The notes beneath the pieces were generated by a model. It ran no database searches. It saw only the letters and a program-made list of their open reading frames with translations, and was not told where the DNA came from. A stretch of DNA of 64,000 nt from the human T2T-CHM13v2.0 reference genome, Homo sapiens. Where the stretch lies: assembly GCF_009914755.1 (NCBI RefSeq), contig NC_060940.1; one strand, 5' to 3'. The position numbers were made by a program, and so were the translations under genes. This document shows, piece after piece, positions 43,083-56,820 of this stretch (positions are counted from its first letter, which is position 1; every line of letters begins with the position of its first letter).

Positions 43083-43446
43083 TATATTAGTCCATTTTCA
43101 TACTACTATAAAGAAACATCCCAAACTGGGTTATTTATTAAGAAAAGGAGGTTTAATACACTCATAATTCCACATGGCTGGGGAGGCCTCACAATCACGG
43201 CAAAAGACGAAGGAGAAACAAAGGCACATCTTACATGGCGGAAGGCAAAAGAGCATGTGCTAGGGAACTGCTCTTTATAAAACCATCAGATCTTGTGAGA
43301 CTTATTCACTATCAGGAGAACAGTATGGGAAAAACCCACCCCCATGATTCAATTACCTCCCACTGGGTTCCTCCCACAACATGTGGGGATTATGGGAGCT
43401 ACAATTCAAGGGGAGATTTGGGTGGGGACACAGCCAAATCATATCG
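43083..43446 (-). mobile_element. MaLR solo LTR, THE1D-like
   Basis: TATATTAGTCCATTTTCATAC..GGCTGGGGAGGCCTCACAATCA..GGGGACACAGCCAAATCATATCG; 5 bp TSD GGAGG/GGAAG. Confidence 0.94.
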
Positions 43447-45931
43447 GGAAGCATAAGCAACATACTGACCAAGCATAAAGAAAGCAGCAGTTGTCATAAT
43501 TCTGCCTGGGTAGGAGAGGCATTCAAAGAAAACCACTGAAAGATTTGAAGAGGTGGACTGAGTTTTGGGAGACGAGCAGAATTTCAGAGAATGGAACAGA
43601 AATGAAAATTAAACGAGTATTTTATGCAGAGAAAAATTATGTAAAATAAAAAAAAGACATTCATGCCTGAAAATGTGGAATATTCAAGAACCAGCAACTT
43701 TTCAGAGGTGGTTAGAATGGGTGTAGTGAAACAAATAGAGTGGAATTTTGTTCATCTCAGGCTTTTAGCAGACAGGAAGGCAGGACAAAGTGTCGAAGGG
43801 GATAGTCCAGTGAGGCTGATCCCCAGCTGTGCCCTAGGTTACTGCTTCTCACTGAGATGTTACTGTAGCCTGTGTTTCCATCATATTTCCTGGTATAGAA
43901 AACTCATTTACACTGTCTCAGTTGCTCTTCAGCACCACCTGGATATGGAAAAGGGACAGGCATCTTTGGCCCCATCAGAAAGCCTTTCCAGAGCGTTAAT
44001 TGATTTTTTGCCACATCATACAGATAGGTAGATTTCGGATTTAAAGTTAGGATGGCTAACTACAAATATAATAGTATTCTTCAATTGCCCTTGCTCTTTG
44101 AAGTCAGACTATTAATATGGATGAAAAGAAGGTTTCCAGTAGTGATAGCAATGATATTATTTCCCATGTTTATTAACTTATTCCAAGATTACTTATTTTC
44201 AAATATCTTCGACTCTATATTATATTAGTCCATATTCCAATTTAAATATGTGACTTTTTAGTCTGAAAACAAAGAGCAAATCTTAAGCCAGACACATTAA
44301 CTAAACACGGAGTGTTAGAAAATGAGAAAATACTGAGCCTCTTTCCGCAGCTTTCTGGTGGTAGGTATCTCAAAATGACCATAATATTGAACAAGATCAT
44401 CAGTCTAACCAAATATACTTCTCATTACATATCATTCTGCAAAGTCAAGTTGTTTGTCAACACCAAGGTGTCATAAAAAATTAAAACTGTTATTTCTCTT
44501 TCTGTCTCTCATACACACACAGACATAAATCTAAAGAATACAAAAATATAGTGCACCCTCTTTGGCTAGAAAACTGCTCTGCAGCATCTTGAAGGGTGTA
44601 TTCCAATGCATTTGGGGAGCATTTACATACAGAAATGTGTCAATTTGTAGCCTTTGGGTTTTCTCTGCACAGATAGTCTCATTACCAGAAATGGCTAAGG
44701 ATGCCTGATGGGCTGCTTCCTGTGAAGGCTGCACCCTCCCTCCCTTCACCCTTTCTCTGTGATGACATATGTTCTGGTGCATTTGTCAGAAGAAGATGGG
44801 ACATATTGAATGTGAAAATTTCTGTTGCCTTTTTTTTCTTTTAAAGGATAGAAAAAATAAAAAATGTTATTGAAACATTTATAAATAAATAGGAAAATAT
44901 AAACGTTCTGTGAACTAAATGGTTCTTGTAAAATTAGGCTGCCATTTTTACTAGTACTCTAAATAATATTAGAACTTAAAGACAGAAGGATTCTAAGTAT
45001 CTTGAGGGCTGTTAGACTAGTTTATGTCAACATTTACTGGAATCATCATCTGAAGACAGGTGATATGAAAAAATAAAAAGACCCTCTGAGGTATTCACTT
45101 AGCAATTCTACCACCTAGCATTCACTTAAGCACTCAGCAAGTTGCTAACTGGTTAGAATATGGAATAAGAAAGGGCTCTCTGTTCTTAATGCTTTCATCA
45201 TGGGAGATGGAGTGGGGAAATAAGCATATAAATGAGTGATTGCACTGAGCATGTTAGGTTGTATCACAGGGATATCACAGGCTAATAAAAACACAGCTAT
45301 AAGAGTCTTTAGGACAACTTCATACAAATGGACAAAGTCTGAACATTTAAAAATGAGCTGGAGTTAGAGACTTAGAAAATATGAACTAGAAATAGGAATT
45401 TTCAGGGAGAAAATCGACTAGCAAAGGCAGTGGTGTTTTTTTTTGTTTGTTTGTTTATTTTTGTTTTTGTTTTCCCCTAAGAATAAGTTAAATGACTAGA
45501 GCAAAACATACTTAATAGATGGGGTGTGAAAAGTGCTAGATAGGAAACTACAGAATTACATTTTTGGACAAACTCCTGAATTGGAATTTTAACTGACTCG
45601 TTTATTCAACACACTTTTCTTAATCTGCTTCTCTACAAGTTGCTTGTAGTACAGTAAGATTTAAAGAGATGTGGTCCTTACCCTCTTGGAGAATAAGAAA
45701 TTCTCTAATGGAGTAGGCAGATACTTCAAAATAAGCACCCAAAGAAATATGTAATTAATGTTATTTTAGTAGGGGTCATGAAGACAATTTTAATGTGATA
45801 TCCAAGGCATTAGTCTTTGGTTATCAGGGAGTTATCAAAAAATTATAAACTTACGAGAGTTATAAGAAAAATCTCAATTAATTCAGAAGAAATAATCTTA
45901 CATTTCTTCTGAAGAGAATGGATTTATTATT

Positions 45932-46100
45932 TTTGCAAGAGAATAGATTTTAAGTGTTTTCACTACCAAAAAAACTATAGGAGGTAATGTATGTTAATTA
46001 GCTTGATTTAGCCATCCACAATGTATACATAAATCAAAACACCATGTTGTACATCGTAAGTATATGCAATTTTTATTTTTCCATTTAAAAATAAATAAAT
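45932..46100 (+). mobile_element. L1MA (L1MA6/7-like) 3' terminal fragment
   Basis: GAATAGATTTTAAGTGTTTTCAC..GAGGTAATG..TGTTAATTAGCTTGATTTAGCCAT..ATCAAAACACCATGTTGTAC..AAAAATAAATAAAT. Confidence 0.8.
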
Positions 46101-46564
46101 ACATTTTTTAAACCACAGATGATGAAGTTGAGTCATCAAAATTGAAGATATTTCAAGCCATCTTCACCTTAGCTGACCTTTGGACATTAGCAGCAGAGGG
46201 ATGAAGAGGCAAGAACAATTTTGATGAACTCTCTGATGGAAATGCAATAGATTATATATGAGGAGCAAGTGAGAAGAAAGGATATACTGAGCTTATGCTA
46301 AAATTGACAGAGGCATAAAGTCCATGAAAAGACTGGAATATTGAAAGGAACTCAACTCAGTTTACTCCCTCAGAGTAGAAAAATACAAAAGTGCATCCCT
46401 GGATAACTGATAGAAAATTTTACAAAATTTAGTTCAATTTGTAGACATTGGCTTTAAAAAAAACTCTCAACAAAGTTAGCATTTTTTTCGCTGTAATATT
46501 TAATTTGATGTTTTCCCATTTGCATGATAAGTGAAAGTCATTCACAGTGCTTCTGACGAGCTAC

Positions 46565-46760
46565 TCTTCATTCATTTGATTATCAAAACATTCAATGAGC
46601 AACTACATTATATCAGGCACTGCAGAAGGCATTCAGTAACAGTCATGAAAAGGAGAAGGAGACCCTATCCTTACCTGCCATAGATAGTTTAGTAGGCAAA
46701 GCAGATACAAATTATGATGAGAGGGAATGTCAGTTACTGAAGGATATGATGACATGGGAA
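46565..46760 (-). mobile_element. L2 3' end relic
   Basis: TTCATTCATTTG..AAACATTCAATGAGCAACTACATTATATCAGGCACTG matches the reverse L2 terminus. Confidence 0.65.
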
Positions 46761-47122
46761 AAAAACACGGGTGCAGTAAAGGTTTATATTAGAAGAAAAA
46801 AATGTAACAAAGCTTGAAAGGTCTACAAAATCCAAAAGTGTGTGGAAATACAGCCACTCATAGGAGCAATAATAGCTTCAACTATTCTAAGCTATTCCAT
46901 GTGTTACGAAGGAAAATATCTTGCATGATTGCCATGGGAGAAAAGAACAATTATCATTATGAGAAAGTTAAAGGGTGGAATAACCCATATTACTGCAAGG
47001 AGTAATTTCCTAATGATCAAAACAGGCCGATAATGAAAAAGTCTGACTTCAGACATAGAGAGTTCCCTGCCACTGGAAGCCTTCACACTCAAACTTAAAG
47101 AATTCTTAGAAATGGTTTCCTG

Positions 47123-47436
<314 letters not shown>

Positions 47437-48049
47437 TTTCCTGGTTGTTCGAATTCAAATGGTCAGGGTCTAGACAGTTCACAAATATGAATGCAGATTA
47501 GTGAGGACTGACCGATTATGGAGAATATATGTCGTATAAAGGATTCGTTTTTATATTGTATTAGGTAGGCACTTATAAATTGTTCATGCACAAACAATAA
47601 TTTTAGGATACTACAAGACTTTGTTTGGATTTGGTGGCCCACAACCAGCAAGTTTGTGATCTTCATTAGGTTATGTGAAATGTTAAAAGCCAGCTGAGAA
47701 AGAAGATCTGAAATGGTTATTTTCCTTTCCACCCTGATATCCAACAGTTTTGTAATTCTCTGATAAAATTTCAGGATCCCGAGAAGCACATCTTTAGGCA
47801 CAGGCAATTTCCTAGAGTCCTTCAAATTATGCCCTGCTTGTAATCTCTGGTGTGGATAAAAGAACACAGAATGCACACTTGGGCTGCAATACCCCAAGGG
47901 TCTTGGCTCATCACTGAATCTTAGTTTCCCACCAGCCGCTTGAAAAACCTTGCTTAATAGAGCTAAGCAGCCAGAGTCCTAAAAGTTAGCCATCTTGCTG
48001 AATGAGCCAGAATCCTTTTAGGGAAAAATAAGATGTGGCAAAGACAAAT

Positions 48050-48677
48050 GACTGAAGTCCAGGGCACCTTGTCCTTATATTCCAGTGGACTCCACACTGC
48101 CATTGCTCCCTTGCTCCTACTGTCAGACACCACTTTAGTGATCGCACCGTGCCTTGTTGTATAATTGTTAGGAGATGAGCTAGGAACTTACCTGACCCTG
48201 CTCTGTAGTTCACTGATGTACAGATGATCACTTGACCCAAATTGGGCCAAGCATAGTATTCTGACTCCCACTGACCACCTTGCTATAGACCTGGGCATTG
48301 GCTGGACCAATAATTTCCTCCCTGAGCTGACTGGAGATGGAAAAACAGAAGCTGAATTTATACTACTCAGAATTGTCAGGGGCTGTGTTTTCCATCATGT
48401 TAACAACACCACCAAAAAAATACACACCAAAAAAACTGTCTTGCACAGAAACTAGGATTTATGAAAATGCCCTGAAGTTAGACACCACAGCACAAAACTG
48501 AGAGCTCCAAAAAGGCTTATGCCTCTGTAACTGCTGCCCTGATGGCTGAGCCCACCCTTCCTCAGGTGGCTTGGTGATTTCGTGAGATTATTTCAGTGTC
48601 CTGCTCATGAACCATTCCTTTTCATGTAAGCTCCTGCTTTTATTATCTAATTTACAGCCAAAGTCTTAACAAATACA
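48050..48677 (+). mobile_element. Old MaLR LTR (MLT1K/L-like)
   Basis: CACTTGACCCAAATTGGGCCAA..CATTCCTTTTCATGTAAGCT..TTTACAGCCAAAGTCTTAACAAATACA is an MLT1-type 3' end; 5' boundary uncertain. Confidence 0.65.
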
Positions 48678-49139
48678 TCCATATTATCTCTTTCAGAATT
48701 TGTTTTTGCCAAAATATGTCTTGGCAAATAAAGGAAAGGATGACACTATTTTTCTTCTTCTTTATAATAAAGAACTCACACAAGCAAAAAATATGTAATG
48801 TCCATAATAGCTAAATGAAACACTGTAATTAGCTCATTTTATTATAAGTTTTGGACTAAGTGATATAGTCCACCAGTCCCCATGGCAGTCCCTGGTGGAG
48901 CCACTGGCTTCTCTTGAGTCATCCACATTCCTCAGAAGCTGGAGAACTAAAGACTTTGCTTCTCCAAGGTCACCACCTGGATGTGTAATGGTCTTTGGCT
49001 GGATACATAGGAGATATGGGAAATATAATTAACAAAGTAATTCAGGACCTCTTGTCCTCATATTCTTTGCACTATGTGGGCAATTGTCACTTAGCAGTAC
49101 CTGAGCAGATGTTATGGAGACAGATGGCAAACTCAGGGG

Positions 49140-49345
49140 AAGAGTGGTAACATAGAGAGAGCAAGGACTTCAAAAACAGAAAGACCCAGGTTCCAATCGT
49201 GATCAGGCCACTCTAGTGTGGGTCAATTGCTTAGTTTCTTTGAACCTCAAGTACTGTATTCCTGCACTATTAAGTACAGGAATTAAGTGAATAAGACATA
49301 AAGCATCTTGAGATTTAAATGAAGTCATGTATATGAAATGTCTTA
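49140..49345 (+). mobile_element. MIR relic
   Basis: CATAGAGAGAGCAAGGACTT..AGACCCAGGTTCCAATC..GGTCAATTGCTTAGTTTCTTTGAACCTCA..GAGATTTAAATGA. Confidence 0.7.
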
Positions 49346-50292
49346 TACCCAGTCTAGATATAAATTATTTCCTTCCCAACCCAATCCCTCTAAGATCTCC
49401 TCTGAGAGAGCCTAACCAGAAAAGTAGAGGAGGTGAGTAGGAGGAAAGAGATAAAGGAGAGGTTTACATAAATTCACTTTATCATTAGTTCCAAGTTATC
49501 TGGCTAAAAGCCAATGCCAGGATAATTGCATTTCAAATGCATCTATGATCCCAGCTGTAGTTAATACTCTGTTTTTCTTTTTCTAAAATAACTTTCCTCT
49601 GGGTGTTTTAAGCATATGTGACAGGTTTCCTGGACACTGTCATTCACCCAAACTACAGACCCATCCTCAAACCCCTTTAGTGGTGAGAATGGACAATCAA
49701 CTAAGTATCCACTACCAACTCTCCATTTTAATGACACAGGGAAAATGACCTGCTACAGGGAAAGAATAGAAGATAATAATTTAAAATCATATTTATTGAG
49801 CACTTGCCATATGCCAATCATCTGTCTAGCAACTTCAATCAATAAAGAAACTTTATAAGAAACATACCTTAGGATTTTTCCTTACATTTGTTAGAAACAT
49901 CATGTACAAGGCATATTTAAAGGCCATCAAGGATTATGATAGGCATAGGAAATAGAGAGTTGAATAAAACAATGTTTCTGACTCCAGAAGTCCCCAAATA
50001 AAAACAGACAGAAATGTAGAAACGTGATCATACAACAATAATAGGGGCTGCTATTTATTATGCAGATATGCATAATATGCCCAATAGGTTATGTATGATA
50101 ACCTATTGGGATGTTTTTGATATTTCCCTGTTTCACAGAAAAATAAACTAAGATTCAGAGAGTACAATAAATATGACCACTCATTCTTTTAAAATCCTAT
50201 TGGCATGAATAATACCATTTTAGATATAAAGAGGTACAGATATGTAGATACCACGCTAGGCCTAGGTTTGCCATTAAGGATTTAAATATCTT

Positions 50293-50660
<368 letters not shown>

Positions 50661-51004
50661 TTAAAACTTGTTAATTTCTTGGTGGCTTCTTAAGAAATAC
50701 ATGCTCAATTCCCAATAGGATCTAGGAGACTAAGATAAATAAAACCTTCACAAAATTTCTAAAGATCTTACCCAGGAATTCTCAGAAAGCTCTCAAATTA
50801 TTGGTATAAGGGTATCAAGAAAGATGGCAAAAATGACACCAACACCAAAAAAAGAAAGACACATTCCACACCAATATTCTAAATGATGTTAGAACCTGCA
50901 TTTCTTAACCATGTTACATTTAATTCCAGGCAAACTGTCCTTCTGGGTTTGATTATTTTATGGGTAAAGCCATGTGACATAGTTCCATATTTCTTTGATT
51001 ATGT

Positions 51005-51255
51005 TCAACTTTTGCTGAAAAGACTGTCTTTTTCCTATTGAATGATCTTATTCTCCTTGTCAATAATCATTGGATCATATAGCAAGGATTTATTTCTGGA
51101 ATCTTTATTCTACTCCACTAGTGTATATGCCTGACTTTATGCTAGTACCATACTGTTTAGATTACTGTAGCTTTGTAGTAAGTTTTAAAGTAAGGAAATG
51201 TGAGTGCTTCAGCTTTATTCTTCTTTTTCAAAATTTTGTCTATTTGAGGTAACCA
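51005..51255 (-). mobile_element. L1M (L1MB-like) ORF2 fragment
   Basis: TTTGCTGAAAAGACTGTCTTTT..GGATTTATTTCTGG..TACCATACTGTTTAGATTACTGTAGCTTTGTAGTAAGTTTT. Confidence 0.8.
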
Positions 51256-53827
51256 TTAACTCTGACAGTAAGAAATAATCTGGACTTTTACATTCAAAGA
51301 CCCAATCCCATGAATATTTATGCCAAAGATCAAGCTTCTATAATACCCCCTATATCCCTATTTATAAAATCAATTATACTATTATTTGGGTAATTTTTAT
51401 TTTCATTGCTATACTACATGCATGGCACGAAAAAAGATCGAGTACCTGGTAACAGCAGGTACATCCTATGATATATACATGTTATATGTTTACAAGAAAT
51501 GCTAATGACTGAAGGATGGCTACTATATCACAATGATTTGATACCTACTCTGTTTTGTAAATCATTGTCTTGTGAACTATTTCATTCTTGCCTGAAGTTT
51601 AGAGTGCACTGGAAGGACTGTCATGCAGGAATGTTATTTGATTCAAATATAGAAGACATATGGTTCTACTATAAGAGAGAAGTGGCTTTATGAAAGAAAA
51701 ATGATGGATATGAGGAAAGAATTAAAATTTGCTCAGAAATCTAAAAAATAAAATTTAAAAATGGATAATAAAGAAACTGGAGGAAATCTTACCTCCCAGA
51801 CATTGATCAAAAGCAATAACTTTTCCAATTAATGTCTTTGGCCTGTCTCTCTGTTGGTATTCTTTTTTCTATTACTGTTTTTGTTACTGTTCTTTTGAGG
51901 TGATTGTGGTAAATGTGTTACGGTTTTCTCTTTGCAGTGTTCTCCCAAGCATGATGCTTCTTTATTTTTTCTCAGCATTTCTTCAGTTCATACTTAGAGC
52001 TGCTTTGTGCTTTGTACCATCTTGCAGGCCCTTCTGTTATCACAAAGATATTGTATAATCATCCTTGTAATTAGGATATAGTTAAATTTGCAACTTCATT
52101 TTGCAGCCATTTGTTATCTAGGTTCTGTGTAATCTTGGCAACCTCGGTGTAGATGACTCATGCTGTGCACTGGGAAGTACAACAGTGCCAAAATTCCACA
52201 AACAATCTTGTCAAACAAGAGCTTCCAAGCTCATTACCAGTGTGCACACCCAAACATACCTACAATTCACAGGAGAAAGGAAAGGTTAAAGATGAAGTTA
52301 AACTTTTTCCAGTTACTACAACCATGCTGCATAAGGGCCCATGCCAGGGTTGCTTCTTGTGATTCTCCTGGAAACTGGGACTTTCTTATTTTGGCATGAA
52401 ACACACATGAATACAGACAGGGGATCAGAAGACAAAAATTTAAGAGCAAAGCAACTATAAATTCAATCTCTATATTGGTATTGCTAGTTAAAAGAACTGT
52501 GCTTTAACTGTGATTGGGAGAGAGCTGGAATGGCCTAATAATCGAGAGATACTTAAAATGTATGACGTTTGTAGAATTCTATTTATATGAATTGAACTTT
52601 AACATCACTTTATCTATTTAGCTTTTGTCTAAGCTTTCAAGAAGTCATTCACTTATTTAATACAGAGTTATATATCCCATTTATAATTTGACCTCTTTAA
52701 ATGTGTAGATAAAAGAAGACAACATGTACAAATGGTTCTCATTACCCATAATTCTCCAACCCATTCTAAATCTATTTTTTCCCAATCTCTTCCATCCAAT
52801 AAGAGTGATCAAAATCACTGACTTGGCAAATAACATAACTTTCTTTTAATCTGCTCTCCCCTTCACACCTCATATCCAAGGCATCCACAAGTCCTGCCTA
52901 GGTGAATGCCTAGTCATTCAGTGCTGAGCAAAATAAGTGTGGTCTCTTTTTTCCCAGTGGTGGATTACAGAAAAGAAAATGCACATTATTGAAAATATTC
53001 ATATTAATAGATAACTATGAATCAATAATGTAAAAAGTATTGGCAGCATATAACTGGGGATATTAGGAAGAACTATTTCAAGGAAACACTAGCAGCACTG
53101 GGATTCAAAAGCTAATCATAAGTTAACTGGAAAGTGTACTGGGTGTGGGTGAAGTTTGGCCAGTGTTCTATGCATCCAGGTGGAGATCCAGGAACTGTCA
53201 CATATAAAATCCATGAGTCAAAGGGAGACGGTCTAATTAAGAAAGTGAGTGAAAGCCTGTAGGGTTTGAACACAGAGAGGGATGGAGAGAGATTTTCTAG
53301 GTGAGAGCAGAGAGATGGCTAGGGCCTTGGGAGCTGGTCAAGAATTTGATGCTTACCTTGAAAGCATTAGAGAAATGGGGATTACTGAGAGAGAATGGGG
53401 TCTCTCTCCTTACTACACTTCTGGTTCTTGGGAATCAAAAGTATAAAACCTGTGTAAGAATATAAAATGGCAATAAGGAAAATATGTAGAGTATATGGTA
53501 GTAACAGCGTTTTCAAAGAGGTGATAGTGAATTCATTAAATTTCAGGTTTATAGACAAGGCTCAAGAGAGAAGCAGGGTTCTGAGCAAGGTTTTGATGCA
53601 CACATAGAAATATATTGGAAGAGCAAGGACAAGGGGAGGCATGGTAGGTGAGTAACACAGTTTGCACAAAAGCAAAGTCTTGTATTCTGGCTACCGGAAG
53701 TTGTTGGGAACTGGTAGAGAATAAAACAGGATGCAGAACTGTAAAAAGGTGATAGTGCCAAAATAGTCAATATTAAATAGTGCAGAGACTAGTGTGAATT
53801 ACTGAAGAATTTGGATTTCACCCAAGG

Positions 53828-54131
53828 CAATGATTCTCAAATTTTTCCATTTAAATATTCTTGATAGACAATAGCTAGAATGCATTCCTCAGAGGACTTC
53901 AGATACAGCCTCAAAAGCCAACAATAAGCTCATTTGTTTTTAAAAATATGGTACTTCCCTTCAAACATTTGTGTGAATGTTGCATTTAACCATGATTAGT
54001 TAGCTTTATTATGAAAGCTCTATAGTGTCCTACTATTTAGAAAAATCAATTCCATGCTCATCCTATGCTATTGCATACCCTGGAAGACCACTTTATATCT
54101 CTAGTATCTGTGTCCAGTTAAAGAAACAGCT
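53828..54131. mobile_element. Probable old hAT-Charlie MITE inserted in an L2 relic
   Basis: Ends CAATGATTCTCAAA.. and ..CCAGTTAAAGAAACAGC resemble decayed CAGTGGTTCTCAAA/TTTGAGAAACACTG terminal repeats; subfamily not determined. Confidence 0.45.
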
Positions 54132-54635
54132 AAAAAACAGCCTGCCACTGGGACTTCATAAGAGTGACACCATCCAGTTTTTGATTTAAAAAGATCACTC
54201 TAGTTGAGAATATGGAGGAAGGATCAGAGAGGTAAAGAAATAGGCATTTGATAAATATTTGTTGAATTGCTCTGTTAACTCTCACAAAAGCCAAGTTTAT
54301 ACAATCCTATGCAATCACAATTGTATGTCATGTCCAGGTTCAAATACGCCTTCTTGAGAAATAAACACAGAGCTGTGACCTAAATCACATAGAATCACAT
54401 GCTGTGCAGTCAAATTCACCACAAATTGGCTTACCTCCCATTCTACAACCTCAGGCAGTACATATATTATATGTATAATATATTTTATATAGTATATTTC
54501 ATATATATATTATGTGTGTATATATATATTCAATTACATCTTTGACTTAGCAAACAACCACAGCTTATCATAACAAGGGTATTAATTAACCAATAAAGTA
54601 ATTTATTCTAGCATTCATTTGGAAATAGAAATTAT

Positions 54636-55163
54636 TGAAACTGTCCCCACAGGATTCACAAGAATTGCGTGCCAGATTCTGGACAGAAATATGGTTATAA
54701 TTAAGCATCAATAGACCTGCGTTCTGGCCCACTTCCTTGTTGTTAAATGTCAGGTAGCATTAGATATTGATGACTTGCATCTCCGTTGTCTCTATAGATA
54801 GGATTTCTGACATTAAAATCATAAGGCTTTTGTTTAAGAATCACTTAAGATGATTTTCAGACCCCAAATTCCAGCAACCAGTTTGAAGACCCCCACAGAA
54901 GAATGAGATCAGCAGGCAAATATAGCTTCTTCCTCTCCCTGTCCCATGACTTCACCCTGCACTCTTCAACCAGTCAATAATCATCATAGTTCAGCCCCCT
55001 CTGAAACTCTCTAATCCCAAATTCTTTGGGGAGATGGAATCGAGGTTTCCTTCCATCTCCTCACTGGGTGACCCTATGATTAAACCTCTTTCTCTGTTGT
55101 AGCCTGATGTCTTGTCATACTGACTTGCTGTGTGTGTTGGGCAATGAGCCTATTATGGTTACA
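54636..55163 (+). mobile_element. ERV1 (MER4-group, possibly MER66-like) solo LTR
   Basis: TG...CA ends (TGAAACTGTCCCCACAGG...ATGGTTACA), ATTAAA poly(A) signal near 55079, 4 bp TSD TTAT/TTGT; 528 bp. Subfamily not secure. Confidence 0.8.
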
Positions 55164-55824
55164 TTGTAAAATAATTTTCAGGATAGAGGAAATTTTCCAA
55201 ACATGTGGAATTTTCCCAGTATTCAAGACTAAAAATCTGCTGGAGCTAGAATTAGAGGTGGTTGTGGGAGAAATATATTTGCTTATAGAACTGAGTTTTG
55301 TCTTCCCTGATCTTACCTTCACCAGCCAAAAGGTCTTGTCACAGGTAGCTTTGTTTTCTTTTTCCTGCCCCTAAAACATTTTCCCTAAAGTGATTTCCTT
55401 GATAGTCACTTAAAAAGCACTCAGCCAGGTCTGAAGTGAGCTGCTATTTAAGAAGGATGCTTGACGCAGGCCACCTGGAGCTGGAAGGAGAGCATCCATC
55501 TTTCCCAAATGGGAAGTAAGCTCAGGGTGGGCCCAACCTTAGGGAAAAGAGGTCTGGAGTGAGTGGGGTGGACCTGGGGAGAGTTAGAAAGCATTTTTGT
55601 TCAGCAGAAAGTGTTGTGGATGTTGCGGCCTAGCTAACTGAGAAGGCAATCCTAGGAGTTCTATGTGGCTTCCACAGGCATTTTATGCAATTCTGACAGA
55701 AGAGATTACGTGGTCCAGGATGGCTAAGGAGACCATGCTCCCTTACACCAATTGAGAGAGAATCTTCCTCTCATCTGTTTTCTCTATTAGGCTGGCCACT
55801 TTACACTTGGAATGTTTTTACCCT

Positions 55825-56244
55825 TATATATATATATGTACCACACATAATAATATATACATCATATTATATACATTTACATGCATATATCATATGCATA
55901 CTATATTCCAGGAAAGTAGGGAATATAATATACATATTATATTAATATAATATGTAAGTAGAGAATATATAATATATAATATAATAAGTAATATATATAA
56001 TACAATAAGTATAGGAAAATATATATAAAATATAATAAAGAATATATAATGTAATAAGTAGAGAATATATATTATATAATATAATCAGTAATATACATAA
56101 TATCATAAATAGGGAATGTATATATTATATTCTCTACATTTTAGGAATGTAGTATGTATATTATACATACACATACATATATAACATAATATATATATAA
56201 TATTATGTGTAGTATGTATATTATACTTATATATACATATATAA

Positions 56245-56291
<47 letters not shown>

Positions 56292-56319
56292 TATATTCCC
56301 TGCTTTCCAGGAATGTAGT
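55825..56319. repeat. AT-rich compound repeat forming an imperfect inverted repeat
   Basis: 55839-55935 is the approximate reverse complement of 56118-56214; the spacer has decayed AAGTAG(A/G)GAATATA units; a third arm copy lies at 56287-56319. Confidence 0.88.
56248..56289 (+). repeat. (GT)21 microsatellite
   Basis: Read directly from the sequence. Confidence 0.98.
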
Positions 56320-56323
56320 TCTG

Positions 56324-56820
56324 TGTGATGGTTATAACGTTTTCCTCAGTTTGACCAAACTTCAGATATTTTTCATCCTGGCCATTGGCTTATGATGTTA
56401 TTTTTCCTGGTGGCTTTATTCTAGAAAAAGCACTATTGTAGTCTTTATCTGTTCCTTTGAGATGTAAATTTTATTCTAGTCTTTTGTCCATTTTACAACC
56501 CAGAAATGTCTTTCTCAAGAATCTGGGAGCCATGTTTTAAAAATGTAATCATTACGGAAGTTAGCACTCCTATCTCCCAGACTCTGTGACAGGGTAGAAG
56601 CCCAACTTCCATTAAGTGCCAATCAGCAAACATGGATCATGGCCTAGTGACACTGACCAAGCTCCCCTCTGAAAGTCCTCCAGCACTTTTCCATTGTATT
56701 ACCCAGTGCTTAAAAACACTCCTGCCTTTTGTTTCTGCAGATTTCAGCATCTCTCCTCTGTTGCAGAAGCCTCCAATAGTCTTTCTTGTCTTTTTCACTG
56801 GTCTCAATTTTTTCTTGACA
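56324..56820 (+). mobile_element. ERV1 solo LTR, MER67-like
   Basis: TAACGTTTTCCTCAGTTTGACCAAACTT..CCTTTGAGATGTAAAT..TTTTACAACCCAGAAATGTCTTTCTCAAG..CCTATCTCCCAG..TTTTTCTTGACA is collinear with MER67. Confidence 0.8.
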
